Source of the DNA: Lepidodermella squamata
Lineage: Eukaryota; Animalia; Gastrotricha
NCBI GenBank assembly: GCA_047495785.1
Contig: JBLDXI010000030.1
Span: 1,364,001 to 1,428,000, forward strand
Length of the DNA stretch: 64,000 bases
Reading direction: 5' to 3'
Position 1 is the first letter of the stretch. Each line of letters opens with the position of its first letter. A program made the position numbers and the translations under genes. The notes beneath the pieces were generated by a model. That model was not told the origin of the DNA and searched no databases. It was given only the letters and a program-made list of their open reading frames with translations. Below, piece after piece: positions 50,466 to 62,991 of this stretch.

Positions 50466-51413
50466 TTAATAAGAGAGATTAACAAGTCTATGTTGAAAGT
50501 CGGTTGAAGATAGTTTCTCGTTGAGCTTATAATGCTCAAATGAAAATAACTGGGGCATAGGGCATGCTTTCTGTCAGTCAGTCAGATCTAATTGGTGGTG
50601 TTTGAAGATGGCAAAAACTTCTTCTTTTGCGTTTCATGGGTCAAAGTCCCTCCCAACAGTTCGAATTCTCATAGCTCGAAGTTCGTCATTCGTAGTTCGA
50701 AATAGTTCGAATTCTCTAGAAATGTTTCAAATGACAATTTCTCGTGTTTCACCAAAGAAGGGGGTCACCAAAGAAGCTAAATAAATGCAGGATTAATGTT
50801 AAATAAAATACGCGGAAGTTACTAATGCTTTTTTTAATTCATCAATCATCAACACTTATTCCTTTTTGTAACTGTAAGATGGTCGCAATGAACACTAAGC
50901 TTGCATTCATGCATTCATAATTCTGCGTGGTAGTGACCCAATTATTCCATCATGTCGTTAGCGTTGTTGAACAACTCAGATTCAGGCTTTTTTGCGTCAG
51001 TTTGAAGGTGGATGGTGGCAAGTAGAAAGTAATTTGCTGTAACGTCTTCATTCACGTAAACCTGCCGTATATACAAGCCTAAAATATCAGAGTTATTCTA
51101 CGGCGCTAATGATGTTTTTGTACCGCAAATAGATAATAATTAAGAGCTAATTTCATTACTGTATGTAAAAACCATAACCATGAGGGTAATGTGAATGAAG
51201 GTAATTTGTTTATTACAATGATGTATGATAACCTCGCCAAGGAAACAATCATGTATGAAAAATGAAAAAAAAAAATTTCTCTTATCCCTGCACGAGCGCC
51301 ATCCCTGCTTTGTCCAGAAATCGATTGGTATTGAACCTAAAGATATTATGTTAGCCCGTGTTAAAATTCAACCGGTTTTAACTGAGAGAAGGATAATCAG
51401 CTGAGAACCGCGA

Positions 51414-52549
51414 TACCGCGCTCTCTTCGCGCTGGATCACGCGACTGAGTGAGCGTGCGGGTGAGCACGGGCAGCGGCGTTGCGTAACTCTCAGCTGAGA
51501 AACTTGGTTATTATTACGGCGAAACGAAGCGAATTCGTCCGCGCGGCATCGGGATCGGTGGTTTACAAATGTTCATTCCATGAAATGGGATGAAAGATGG
51601 TAATTAAGCTAGTAGCCGGTTACACAATTGCGTGTAATGGGAAGATTAAGAGCTAAAATTCGCGATTAGGTGGTAGCTCATTTTAAGGAAGAACGTCCCC
51701 CAATTCTCGTAGTGCGCAAAACGCCAAAGTCGAAGTTGGTTATAAAGTAAAGGCAGCGCGCGCTGATGTCACACATGAAATTTGAAAATTTGAATAAAAT
51801 AATTGAATATTAAACTAGGACGTGGTTCATTAATTGTTAGTAAATGTTTGGCTGAATTTTCCAACACACATCGCACCACCTTGTAAAGTTTTTGATGGCG
51901 AGGAATTTTAAGAAACACATGAGATATTTGGATTTAGCGTGAAAATATCATCTTTTTTCACAAATTTGCGCGTGATTGTGATTCAACATGGAGGAAAATT
52001 GCGCGGAAAAAGAATTGAAATGTTGTTCTCGTGCGCGCGTGTTTGTGTGTTTGTGTGTTGATTGTGTCGACTCGCGCGCACAACCTCTCGCGTTTATACT
52101 GCGCAGTGTTGAGAGAACACGCACTATTTTTAAACGCGCGCATTAAAACAGATGAACATTTCTGCCCCATTTCTCGCTCATTTTGAAAGATAAACGCGCG
52201 TAAATTGGCAGATAAATCTAACTTTTCACGATGAATCAGATTATCTAATTTGTTTCTTGAAATTCCTTACCATTAAGAAATTAATATTCATATAGCCAAA
52301 TTCTTGTATCACTTAGACATTTATCACGAGCGCGCGCGCTTATGAAAATGTATACCATAGGTAAAATGTTTACTCTGCAGGTATGAGCAGTATTCACAGA
52401 TAATTCACGCACATCAAGCGACGCATCAAGAAGGGCATCAGGGTGCGCCGCTTTCGCACGAGTATCAGCGTAATAATATCAAATTCTCAGCTGAGAATTA
52501 CCCCGGCGCTCACTCGGTCACGTGATACAGCGGGAAGGGAGCCGTAGTA
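51414..52549. mobile_element. Non-autonomous DNA element with imperfect TIRs
   Basis: GCTCTCTTCGCGCTGGATCACGCGACTGAGTGAGCG versus CGCTCACTCGGTCACGTGATACAGCGGGAAGGGAGC. Confidence 0.55.
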
Positions 52550-53576
52550 CATTTTATATTATAGGCTGAGAATAGACTGAGAACAGACCGAATGTCGGCC
52601 GAGAATAGGGCGTAAGACAATATCGGAGTCTCGCCTAACGTAACATTTTGATAAGAATGATGAATGATATGAATTCACCCTTGAGAAATGAGAAATGATA
52701 GATCTCATAATACTAAATGAACAAATAATTAACACCATTCGTGCGCGATATTTTGCAACAATATTTCAACTCGACCTGTGGCTAGCTGTATTCCAGATTG
52801 CAGATGGTGATAATAGATAATAGAGTCAGCAGTTCTTTTTTACTATCGTGTCCAGCTGGATTTGACATTTTACGTCCAATTCTACGAGAAAAAGCTCATT
52901 TGAGTTGAATTATTTCCAGAATCACTAATGACAGGCCCCTGTAGTCTATGTTCTTCCATCTTCTTTTCAGGGGGACGAATTGCCAGCCAAGAGGCAAGTT
53001 TCTCGCAGGGCTATTTTACTCAAATGAAAAGTAGCTCATGCTTTTGTGTCGGTCAGTCAGTTCTAATTGATATGTTTTTTCACGTGGCATAATATTGGTT
53101 TGTTTGCACTTCAGGGATCAAAGTCCTGACTGAACAATTTCGTATCCCCTCGAAACTTGACACGCATTCCAGTCGTAAATATTAACCTCCAAATGAAAAA
53201 AAAACATGAAGAAACTCTGCAGGATCTAAGAAGAATGCCCCCATTATTTTCCGATACCGTCTGATACCGAGCACCCTAGGGCTTTTCAAATGGAATAGTT
53301 TTAATAGTTGTTGCTTGATCGGTCCAGATCGCCCAACAATTCGGGAGTTTCCATTAGATCAGTGCACTTGCATTAGGTATCACTTGTTGAAACATTCCTA
53401 AGAGACCGAATGATAGTCTGAAACGACTTTTTCATCCCAGAATCAATGCAACTCAATTATCATTGCAAACATTTCATATCCTGGCCTTTGCAAATGAGTT
53501 CGCTAACGCTGGCAATAATTGAGCGGGTTTTTTTTCAACCCATTTTTGGGCAAAATAATGTAGAATTGCACGCAAT

Positions 53577-53724
53577 CAGAGAGCGAAGTATCGCTAGGGA
53601 TGGTAGGGATCATCCCTACCAGTTCCACCGGTCCGTACGGTGAGCTCATTCACAGACCAAAGGGGGGACCCTTATGTCGATTTTTGCAATCCCAACCAGT
53701 TCCGCGATCCTACTTCGCTCTATG
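53577..53724. mobile_element. P-element-family MITE (148 bp)
   Basis: TIR CA(G/T)AGAGCGAAGTA; 8-bp TSD CACGCAAT; an empty paralogous site lies at ~13035. Confidence 0.85.
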
Positions 53725-56700
53725 CACGCAATAATATGTGCGACCGTCCGCGAGAAATGCAATAACATATTATTTAGCTATTTGTCAAAGAGTCAACACA
53801 CATTGGTGTCATCTTGAGTATCAAAACAAATTAGCCATGCTCACCGCATCACTGAGCCTTTGACTCATTAGTGGCTTTTATACTGGCTTTTTGGTTTTTT
53901 GTCATTCAACTTCAAAACAATTGACGCGCGTATCAAGTAAATTGCACGTAATGTGTGGATCTACACCATTCTATTGAAGTCTATTGTCGCCAAAGCCAAA
54001 CAGCCAAAAACAGCTATTCTGATGTCAAACGGCCTGATCTTCAGCCATCTTAATTTTGGAGAGCGACAACGTCGCATCGGCTCCTATCAACTCGAGATTG
54101 CGCCGTTCGATTCATCTGCGGCGCTCATCCTCTCGCCGACGCAGCATCTCTTCTACGTCGCCTCGGTTGGGTTAGCGTGAAATTCATTCGGCAACTTTCG
54201 TATGGAAATGCCTCAACGGTCAAGCCCCTGCTGCGATGCAGGCCATGTTCCAGCTGAATGAACCGAGCCAGTATGAAATGCGTCACTCCGAACCGATCTT
54301 CGAACCGCCCTTCGATTCTCTGCGCGGAACGTTGAGTCTGGGTTATCGAGGGGCCGATGGATTTATGGAACCAACTTCCTCTGGAGGCACAAAAAACCCG
54401 CCGAGGTATGTCGCGAGGCTGTCTGCCAGTACTATCGTGGATAAATACCTCAGTTATCGTTTTTGTTGAATGTATTTTACTACTTATTTTATTGCTTTGA
54501 TTGTTGTTTTGACTTTTGACTATGCTTTGTTGTTATGCTTATTATTCTCTGTTACGGCTATAATGAATCCGGTCTATAACTTTGTTGTTTTCTCCTGCTC
54601 CACCTTCCCTGTTGTAGCTGAATCTGTCCTGCATTATATATGCCGTTTTCTCTAACATTGTTGATCTGCCCTCTCCTGGGTGTAGCAGCTTCAAAATAAA
54701 ATAAATACTATAATAAATAATAGTATATTTTCACCAACCTTAAATTTACAACGAGTGTGATTTTTGCACCCACGCACGGGTGCATCCGATTGGCCGCGTG
54801 TTAACTGAAGTAAACAAGGGTGAAATGCAAGATATATAAAATCTATCAGCTGATGCCGAGACGATCAGCTTTGGCCCCAGAATTCGAATATAGTGAACAT
54901 TTTGCAGCGAGCGGATGACCGCGGATGTCCTCCACTACTCTCTGGAACCCCTTGATTCGTTTGGCTGCGCCAAACTCACTCAGGGTTCGGGATCGGCGGG
55001 AAATTTTATTTCTCCATGGCTAGCTATTCCCTTATTGGAAACTTGAAGTTTTAATTCGTTTGCCGATTTTCGTAAAATTTCATTATGGCGGATATTTTTG
55101 AAACTCGTGCATACATGTCTACATGTAAAAAGGGTGTTTTCCACGCGCTATACCCAAAATAGCCCATCATGAAATTTCGATTCTTTAATTGGGGACGATG
55201 GGGATTGGTTTTAACAACCACCAGTTCAGAGGATTTCGTACGGAAATGAACGGTTTTGACGTCATAGCGGTTTTCCCGAAGGTCTTTTTGGGGGGTTTTG
55301 AAAATAGGTGTTTTTGCCTTGACTCCATACCGCCACATTCTTGATCGGACTATTGCTTTGGTATTTGGTGGAAATGATAGAACTGAGAACTGAGTCCATA
55401 CCTATTATAAGCATGTGAAATTATTTGTTTACGAAAGCCACCGTTCAAAAATTATTCGTGGGTTTCGGATGCATTTTTTTTGGATTACATGCTTTATACC
55501 TATACTACCCATTGCCATGCCAAAATTTCAATTAAATAAAAATGGACGTTTCAAAGATTGGTCACAGCCGACGCCGAATTTCGGAACAATACTCAAGCAG
55601 GAGTTTTCTATCTTTTCTCACTTATTCATCTATGATCTATGGGTTACAACAAAGATCAAGCCACAAGGAGTAGATTGATATCTGAACGGCATTAGTATAT
55701 TAGTATATGGGTGATATGAAAAAATGCAATTGCCATCCACGGTTTTTTGGAGGTGCACAAGCCTGAAGGCTGGAAAACGCCATTTTTTTACTTTTTCTTG
55801 GGTTTTATGAAGATTTTTTTTCTTTTTTCATTCTTCATCATTTTGTCCGGAAGTCTTGGCAACCTACTTTCGTGGGAAATTGTATTTATTATCCACAAAA
55901 TTAAGTTGCTACGTCGGGCACATTTAATGAACTGCAAACCTTGATTTTCGTTCTCTACTGGCCATAGAACATTTGTGGGTGGATGTAAGTACGTCAATTT
56001 TTCTCAAGTCTTGCAGTTGGTATCCTGTATTCATGCAACGTGAAAAAATGTTGATGCTTAGGCAGGAGACTAATAACCAACGATTTATCGACAAATTCAA
56101 CATCAAGTCTATTCAGAATTTTCTCAGAAAAATCCCGTTTTTGATAAATCCAGCCACGGAAATTGAGAAATTCTTTTGAAACCTTTAGCTTCCCAATTCC
56201 CAATCAATCAGCTTTTTTCAAAAACACATTACATCCAGTGTGCTGTTGTTGCCGACATCCTCGAAGTGAAAAAGATTTTCAATTAAACCTAGCTCAAATT
56301 CATCGATGCTCGAAGGTTTCCGCCAGAAAATAGGTACGGTAGTGCTATTATGTGTGTTTTACATGTGTTACGTTTATCGTATAGGCTTTTAGTGCTTTTA
56401 TAGTGCTATGTAACGTATGGTACATTTATACTCGGTATATGCATTTCTACGTATAACTATAAACACGGTGCGCACACATTTGCTGAAGGTTATTCCTAGT
56501 GCCAGAGTTCTGAAACACCCTCTGTATATCTGCGGAAAGCTTGTTTCACGAAGAATCTTACAGTATCCAAACAGGGACACAGGTAACTAGTAACTGCTAA
56601 TAGCCAAGTGAGTGAGGGCGATCTCATAGGGAATGATTCAATATCCACTCGAAAATCGCAAGAATAGGTACTACTGGCTACTACCACGTGAAAGAGCAGG

Positions 56701-56959
56701 TTTGAATTCTTTGAAAAGTGTGACTTGAAAGAAAAAACGTGACGGCCGATTTCCACGTAAAAATGTTGAGAACACAAAATTACGATGCGCGCACACAAAA
56801 AAGTTGTTGTTTCAAGAAAAAAAGGTGGGTGCGCACTCTGATCACTACGTTCTCTATGACTTGAAATTGCCTTGTTTTTCAGGATCAACTAATTTGCATA
56901 ATTAATTATACAGGAAACTCAAGTTCCCATGGGATTCTAGCCGGACAGTTTTGGTTATT

Positions 56960-58926
56960 TCTGGCCGGGAGCAAAAAATCGTTTGAGAACCACTGATGAT
57001 AATTTTATTGTTGATCCGGAGCCGAACTTAAGGAGTAGAAGCCCAACAAGTCTCCAAGGCCAAGCCGTAGAGCGTGAATGTTGCGTAACCTCCCCTGTTA
57101 TTAACAGGCCCTTGAATGGCATTACAGCAGGCTTGATAGGTAGAGTAAGGGGCGGGTGAGTCGACGGTCTGTACAGGAAAAGGGAATATTAAAAAAAGGT
57201 TCGGCTCTTTGAGCAGCAAAAAATACCAAAACGGGAGGAGCAGCAACAGTATTAGTTGGTCGGATATTGTCAGCGTCTTTAACACTGGTGTGCGGGAAAC
57301 GGACACAGTAGCCAACCCTGCTCATTGGTGGGGGGTCATTGTTAAACTCAGCGACGGAGTAAGCTTTGTCAGTAGTAGCACCGATGCAGGCAACAGTCGG
57401 GTTCAATGTGTTGTCCTTGGCTGGCAGGAGCTCATACTTGAGGTTCGTAGATCCGACAGCAGTGCAGCAGGCAGCAAAGGTATCGTAGGCAGCCGCAACA
57501 GTAGGGGTGGCAGTAATCTGTGTAAAGACGGAGGGGAAGAATGCCGCGCAGGTTACGCCGCTGTTCAAGCACAGCTTGATGTTAGATTGCTTAATAGAGG
57601 CTCCACCTACAGTATTTCCTGTGCAAATCTGATAAGCGCTCTGTGATGGAACAGTTGAAGATTAGTTGATGCATCAATTTTCAAATAAGTTTATACCGTA
57701 GCCGTAGCAGAACAGGCTTGATTGGCTGGGCAGGGATTAGCGGTTGTCAAGCAGCTCTTCGTGGAATCGGTACAGGCCTGGGCAGTAGGAACGCAGCTGC
57801 TTCCCGTTGGGCACGTAGGCGGCGGTGGGCACGTAGACGGCGTTGGGCACGGCGTGGTCGTGGTCGATACAGGGCAGGCGGTGACTGCGACGCAGGAAGC
57901 AGCGAGTAGAATTAAAGTGGAATACATTTCGCAAATGGTAATAGATACTTGGAGTGGAGAGCAGCGATGCCTAATCAGCCTTTCATGCAGCTAATTTATC
58001 TCGAAACCAACGACTGTCCGACCCGATTCGCCAGAATGGGGGTGAGCAATAGACCGGCCTTTAGCAGCAAAATCATCTATACGCTAATTGTCAGCCGGGA
58101 TGCCTTTCATAGGCACCTCCAACTAAGAGCAGTTTTTCTATTTGACACTAGTAAGCAATGTGGCCAATCTTTTCGGAAGTGAAACATAGTAAAATCTTTC
58201 AAGTCTTTACGGAGTTGGCATCAATTCGCGTAGTCTGGAGGTGAGGTGGGCGTCTTTCAGTGATGCCTTCAAACCGTGTTACATTAGCTTGAGTATGAGC
58301 GATCATGGAGCTTATTTTGCTCAAATGAAGACCGTGGCAAAATCTTGTTTTTTTTGCTTTTCAGGGTTCAAAGTCTCGACTGAAAAATTGCAAAATGATC
58401 ACATTTTAAAATCGCATTAGGGGATCCCAAAAAGGTTTGTCCCTGGCTACAGCTGGGCATCGTCTCGGGTCGGCCATTCATAATTCTGCGTGGTAGTGAC
58501 CCAGTTATTCCATCATGTCGTTAGCGTTGTTGAACAACTCAGGTTTAGGCTTTTTGCGTCAGTTTGAAGGTGGATGGTGGCAAGTAGAAAGTAATTTGCT
58601 GTAACCTCTTCATTCACGCAAAAACGCCGCTTTTTACATGCCACCAGCCACATTTTAACTGGCGTATATACAAGCCTATAATATCAGAGTTATTCTACGG
58701 CGCTAATGATGGTTTTGTACCGCAAATAGATTATAATTAAGAGCTAATTTCATTATTATATGTAAAAAAACTACGACCACGAAGGCAATGTGGACGAAGG
58801 TATATCTTTATTACAATTAACAATTATGTTTGATAACTTTGCCCATGAAAAATAAAAAAAAATGTTTGTCATAAACACGAGCGCTACACCTGATTCTTCC
58901 CGAAATCGATTGGTATTGATCTAAGA
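56960..58926. repeat. Recent segmental duplication unit 1 (partner 62040..64000+, offset ~5064)
   Basis: Near-identical gene and upstream non-coding sequence. Confidence 0.92.
57028..57927 (-). CDS. Secreted Cys/Thr/Pro-rich protein, copy 1 (~261 aa; exons 57697..57927, 57227..57640, 57028..57168)
   Basis: Signal peptide MYSTLILLAASCVAVTA; PxxPTC repeats; two phase-0 GT-AG introns give an open frame ending ...LETCWASTP. Confidence 0.85.
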
Positions 58927-60379
58927 GATACCATGGCAGGCCGTGTAGAGTGCGTTCTTGGATCTCGGAGCTGCCAGAGATGGAATTTTTCCCGTAGCAG
59001 AGCTGGGGGGATGATCCCCGCACCCCTGAAAGTCGCACACTGAGCGTCAGCCAGTAAACCATCAGTTTCAACTGAGAACAGAAAGATCACAAAACTAAGT
59101 GATGAGGAAAAATGATCAGCTCCAATCGTGTGCGTTATTTTGCATCAACATTCTAACTCGACCTGTGGAAAGCTGTGTTCCGGATTGCCGATTGTGATAA
59201 TATAGTCAGCAGTTCTATTTCACTATCGTGTCCGGCTGGATTTTACATTTTGCGTCCAATTTTACGAGAAAATGAGTTTAATTATTTCCAGGTTGCATAT
59301 CACTAGAGACAGGCCATTTGCCGGCGATATAAAACATCGATTCTTTCGGGGGGACGAATTGCCAGCTCTATATTGAAATTGCTCGTTTAAGGCAAGAGGC
59401 AAGTTTCTCGTAGGGCTATTTTATTCAAATGAAAAGTAGCTCATGCTTTTGCGCCGGTCAGTCAGATCTAATTGATGTTTTGCACGTGGCATGATAGTGG
59501 TTTTTTTGCTCTTCAGGGTTCAAAGTTCTTTCCGAAAAAATGTCGTATTCATTCGAAACGTGACACGCCTAGTTATTGCATTAAATGTATATTATTAACA
59601 TTGACTGATGTCTTTCGCCAAAATATATCTACGTACGAGGGCGTTTTTCAGCAGCTATGATGGCTGGCTCAACCGTAATAGCATTCTAAAGCCAGCTGAA
59701 TTCTCAGATCGCATACGGGGCTTCACAAGAACTATGTCTGCCATGATGCGAAGTTTTAACTCCTGGTTGAAACTAACCATGGGCATCAGTCTTTTTGCTT
59801 TCATAAAACCTCGGGATGGCTCACCTTACGCTGGCAATCATCGCAGGAAGCAAGGCGTACTGTGTTCGTTTTCCCTACAATGCTACCAATGCTGCTACAT
59901 GATCGGCGGAGCGAATGGAAGAATAACAGGTGAATTCCCAATAGGCGCTCATGGAGTGAACACGGAAAACTGCGTTGCAAGCAGTTGATGTAAGAAACGA
60001 TCCACTCAAATTCATCAATTCGATCGAACAACTGTGAACGTCAACCGACATCACGGATATATTTTACGCAATGCTTTATGCTTCATGCAGCACATTCTTT
60101 CTATTCGTAATAAAATACTTGGCATTTGAATGGGTGGCCTAAGTTGTGTCAAGACGTGCGTGTGTGTAGTCTCGCAAATTGACAAGTGTCATTCAAAGTG
60201 CGTGCGCGCGCTACCTTAATCCGCAAATCGTAAACAAAATATGCGACGCGCCACCTTAACCAGTGTTTTGTGGACAAGGCGTGTAAATCGTGTAAATCGG
60301 AAACTTGTAGTCGCCGCCGAAAACCGTAATCCACACTCATAAAATCGCAGTTGATAATTGAAACAAAGTAGACTTGTGA

Positions 60380-61345
60380 TGGATGAGCAACAATACGATC
60401 CTGACCCGGAGGACATTGTGTTGGAAGGAGATGCCGAGGCGGAAAATGTTGATGGCCGAGACCAAGACCACGACAACGAGAACCTTATGGTACCCGCCGA
60501 ACAGCCGACTAAAACTGTGACCAAGAAGACCTGGTTTCACGTGCAAACATTCGACAGTTACGATCTGGCGCATGAGCATGCCAAGGCCATGGCAGCCGAA
60601 CATGGCTTCAGTGACTGGAGGCTGGAGCTACAGTAAGGTCACAGTTCTTAAAGATGGAACGACCAAACATTAGCGTCATTGCCCGTTGGGTGGCCGGGGC
60701 GGCGGTGACGCTGGCCGGACGTGTTTTGCCGGAATCTGCTACCACCTACACCCCGACAAGCAGGCGGTTTCACTTTACGCGACTGAATGCGACCACTCTG
60801 GGCATGAGTCATGTGGTCGTGGTCTACTGGCAAATGTGGTCGAGAAAATCAAAGAAGTTTGTTCAATTTCGTTAAATTCTCAACATCAAAATTGAAAATC
60901 ATTCAATTTCAAGGGCTATCAAAAAGCCGGAAGACATGAAGCATGAAGAATTATCTTGGCAAAATTCCTGCTTTGAGCGAAATTATTGATACAATATCAA
61001 CCGAAAAAATCGCTTATGACCTCAGAAAATTGCGAAATGGCGGTCAAATATACGCTGAACCGTTCAGCTCGAGGATTTCGTCGATTTTGCAGAAACCCGC
61101 CGAATCGTTCCGACTTCCGACCGATCCTGAGAAGGCTAACGTGTTACACGTGGAGACGAAGCCCAGCTTTGCCCAACCGATAAGCAGGAATTTCGGATTG
61201 TCATTTCTTCTCCTCGCCTTCTCGCCTTTCACAAGCATGACGGGCCATTACATGCCGACGGAACATACACGCTCACCTGGATGGGCTTCCCGGTTTTCAT
61301 GGTTGGGACTAATGACCAGAACAATCAGTTTCATCCGAGATCATT
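60380..61345 (+). mobile_element. MULE (Mutator-like) transposase pseudogene fragment
   Basis: LHADGTYTLTWMGFPVFMVGTNDQNNQFHP matches the first catalytic Asp region of MULE DDE domains; the reading frame is broken. Confidence 0.75.
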
Positions 61346-62109
61346 GAGTGGCAATTTAATTGTTTCGGCTTGCAATTTACTACATCTGGCTACAGCTTCA
61401 CATTTGTGTTTACACTTTACACGATTTGTTTACATAGTGCGTTCACAGGTGACACTTTACAGTTCGGCTACGATTTACAGGGTTAGGACTACGCAATTTA
61501 TTTTAGCGAACTAAAAATAAGATTGCATCTGAAATGCCCAGGTATTGTGTAGCAGAGTTGGCCAACTGCTTCATTCCCTCGTATTCAGCACCCGAAAGGC
61601 AAACCATCCGGTCAGAATGGCTCCAAAGCAAACGGATTGCGACTTCTTCCCTTTAGCAATTAGCAATGTCTAATCACTATAAATTAACCAAGAAGTAAAA
61701 GAAGATCAATATCAAATGACGTGGGAATCTGAGGTAACGCCAATAAAAAGTTTGCACATGGCTTGCTGATCATGCGCTTCTATGAAATATAATTACAGGA
61801 ACATGTTAATCAAGTTATTTCAGCTCCTATTTCGTTTATTTGCGTTACTTTTGGGACACACTGTAGTGCCTAATTTACGCACCAAAGCGTGCTCAAAAGT
61901 ACGCTGCCATCTATCGCTTAAAAGCGCTCAAAAGCTTCATCACTCGATAATTGATGCTTGCGGCCGGGAGGGTCGTATTTGATTATTGCAAGCTGCCGGT
62001 TTAAGGTTCAAGCGACTATGCGGCCGTAAAGTTCTGGCCATTTCTGGCCGGGACAAAATAGTTTGAGAACCACTGATCTAATAATGTTATTGTTTATCCG
62101 AATCCGAAC

Positions 62110-62991
62110 TTAAGAAGCAGCTGAACATCTCTCCAAGGCCAAGCCGTAGAGCGTCACTGTTGTGTAACCTCCCCTGTTATTAATAGGCCTTTGAATGCCA
62201 ATACAGCAGGCTTGATAGGTAGAGTAAGGGGCGGGTGAGTCGACGGTCTGTACAGGAAAAGGGAATATTAAAAAAGGTTCGGCCCTTTAAGCAGCAAAAA
62301 ATACCAAACTACCAAATCCACCAACAGTATTAGTTACTGCGATATCGTCAGAGGCTTGAGCACTGGTGTGCGGGAAACGGACACAGTAGCCAGTCTGCGA
62401 GCCGGCAGCGGGAGAATAAGCGACGAAGTAAGCTTTGTCAGTAGTAGCACCGATGCAGGCAACAGTCGGGTTCAATGTGTTTTCCTTGGCTGGCAGGAGC
62501 TCATACTTGAGGTTCGTAGATCCGACAGCAGTGCAGCAGGCAGCAAAGGTATCGTAGGCAGCCGCAACAGTAGGGGTGGCAGTAATCTGTGTAAAGACGG
62601 AGGGGAAGAATGCCGCGCAGGTTACGCCGCTGTTCAAGCACAGCTTGATGTTAGATTGCTTAATAGAGGCTCCACCTACAGTATTTCCTGTGCAAATCTG
62701 AAAAGGGCTCTGTGATGGAACAGTTAAAAGTTTAGTTGATGCATCAATTTTCAAATAAGTCAATACCGTAACAGAACAGGCTTGATTGGCTGGGCAGGGA
62801 TTAGCGGTTGTCAAGCAGCTCTTCGTGGAATCGGTACAGGCCTGGGCAGTAGGAACGCAGCTACTTACCGTTGGGCAAGTAGGCGGCGTTTGGCACGTAG
62901 GCGGCGTTGGGCACGGCGTGGTCGTGGTCGATGCAGGGCAGGCGGTGACTGCGACGCAGGAAGCAGCGAGTAGGATTAAAGTGGAATACAT
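62110..62991 (-). CDS. Secreted Cys/Thr/Pro-rich protein, copy 2 (~255 aa; exons 62767..62991, 62305..62709, 62110..62247)
   Basis: Same intron positions as copy 1; open frame ending ...LERCSAAS. Confidence 0.85.

Noticed and set aside
54960-56340. Possible large DNA transposon or gene
   Set aside because: Short AT-rich ORFs without convincing motifs; TIRs and TSDs could not be established by eye.
57209-57646. Plus-strand Ser/Gly-rich ORFs here and at 62356..62715, and similar antisense ORFs over the channel genes
   Set aside because: These are antisense shadows of well-supported spliced genes.
57641-57696. Apparent premature stop making copy 1 of the Cys-rich gene a pseudogene
   Set aside because: The stop lies in a 56-nt GT-AG intron shared with copy 2, where the 57-nt intron happens to read through.
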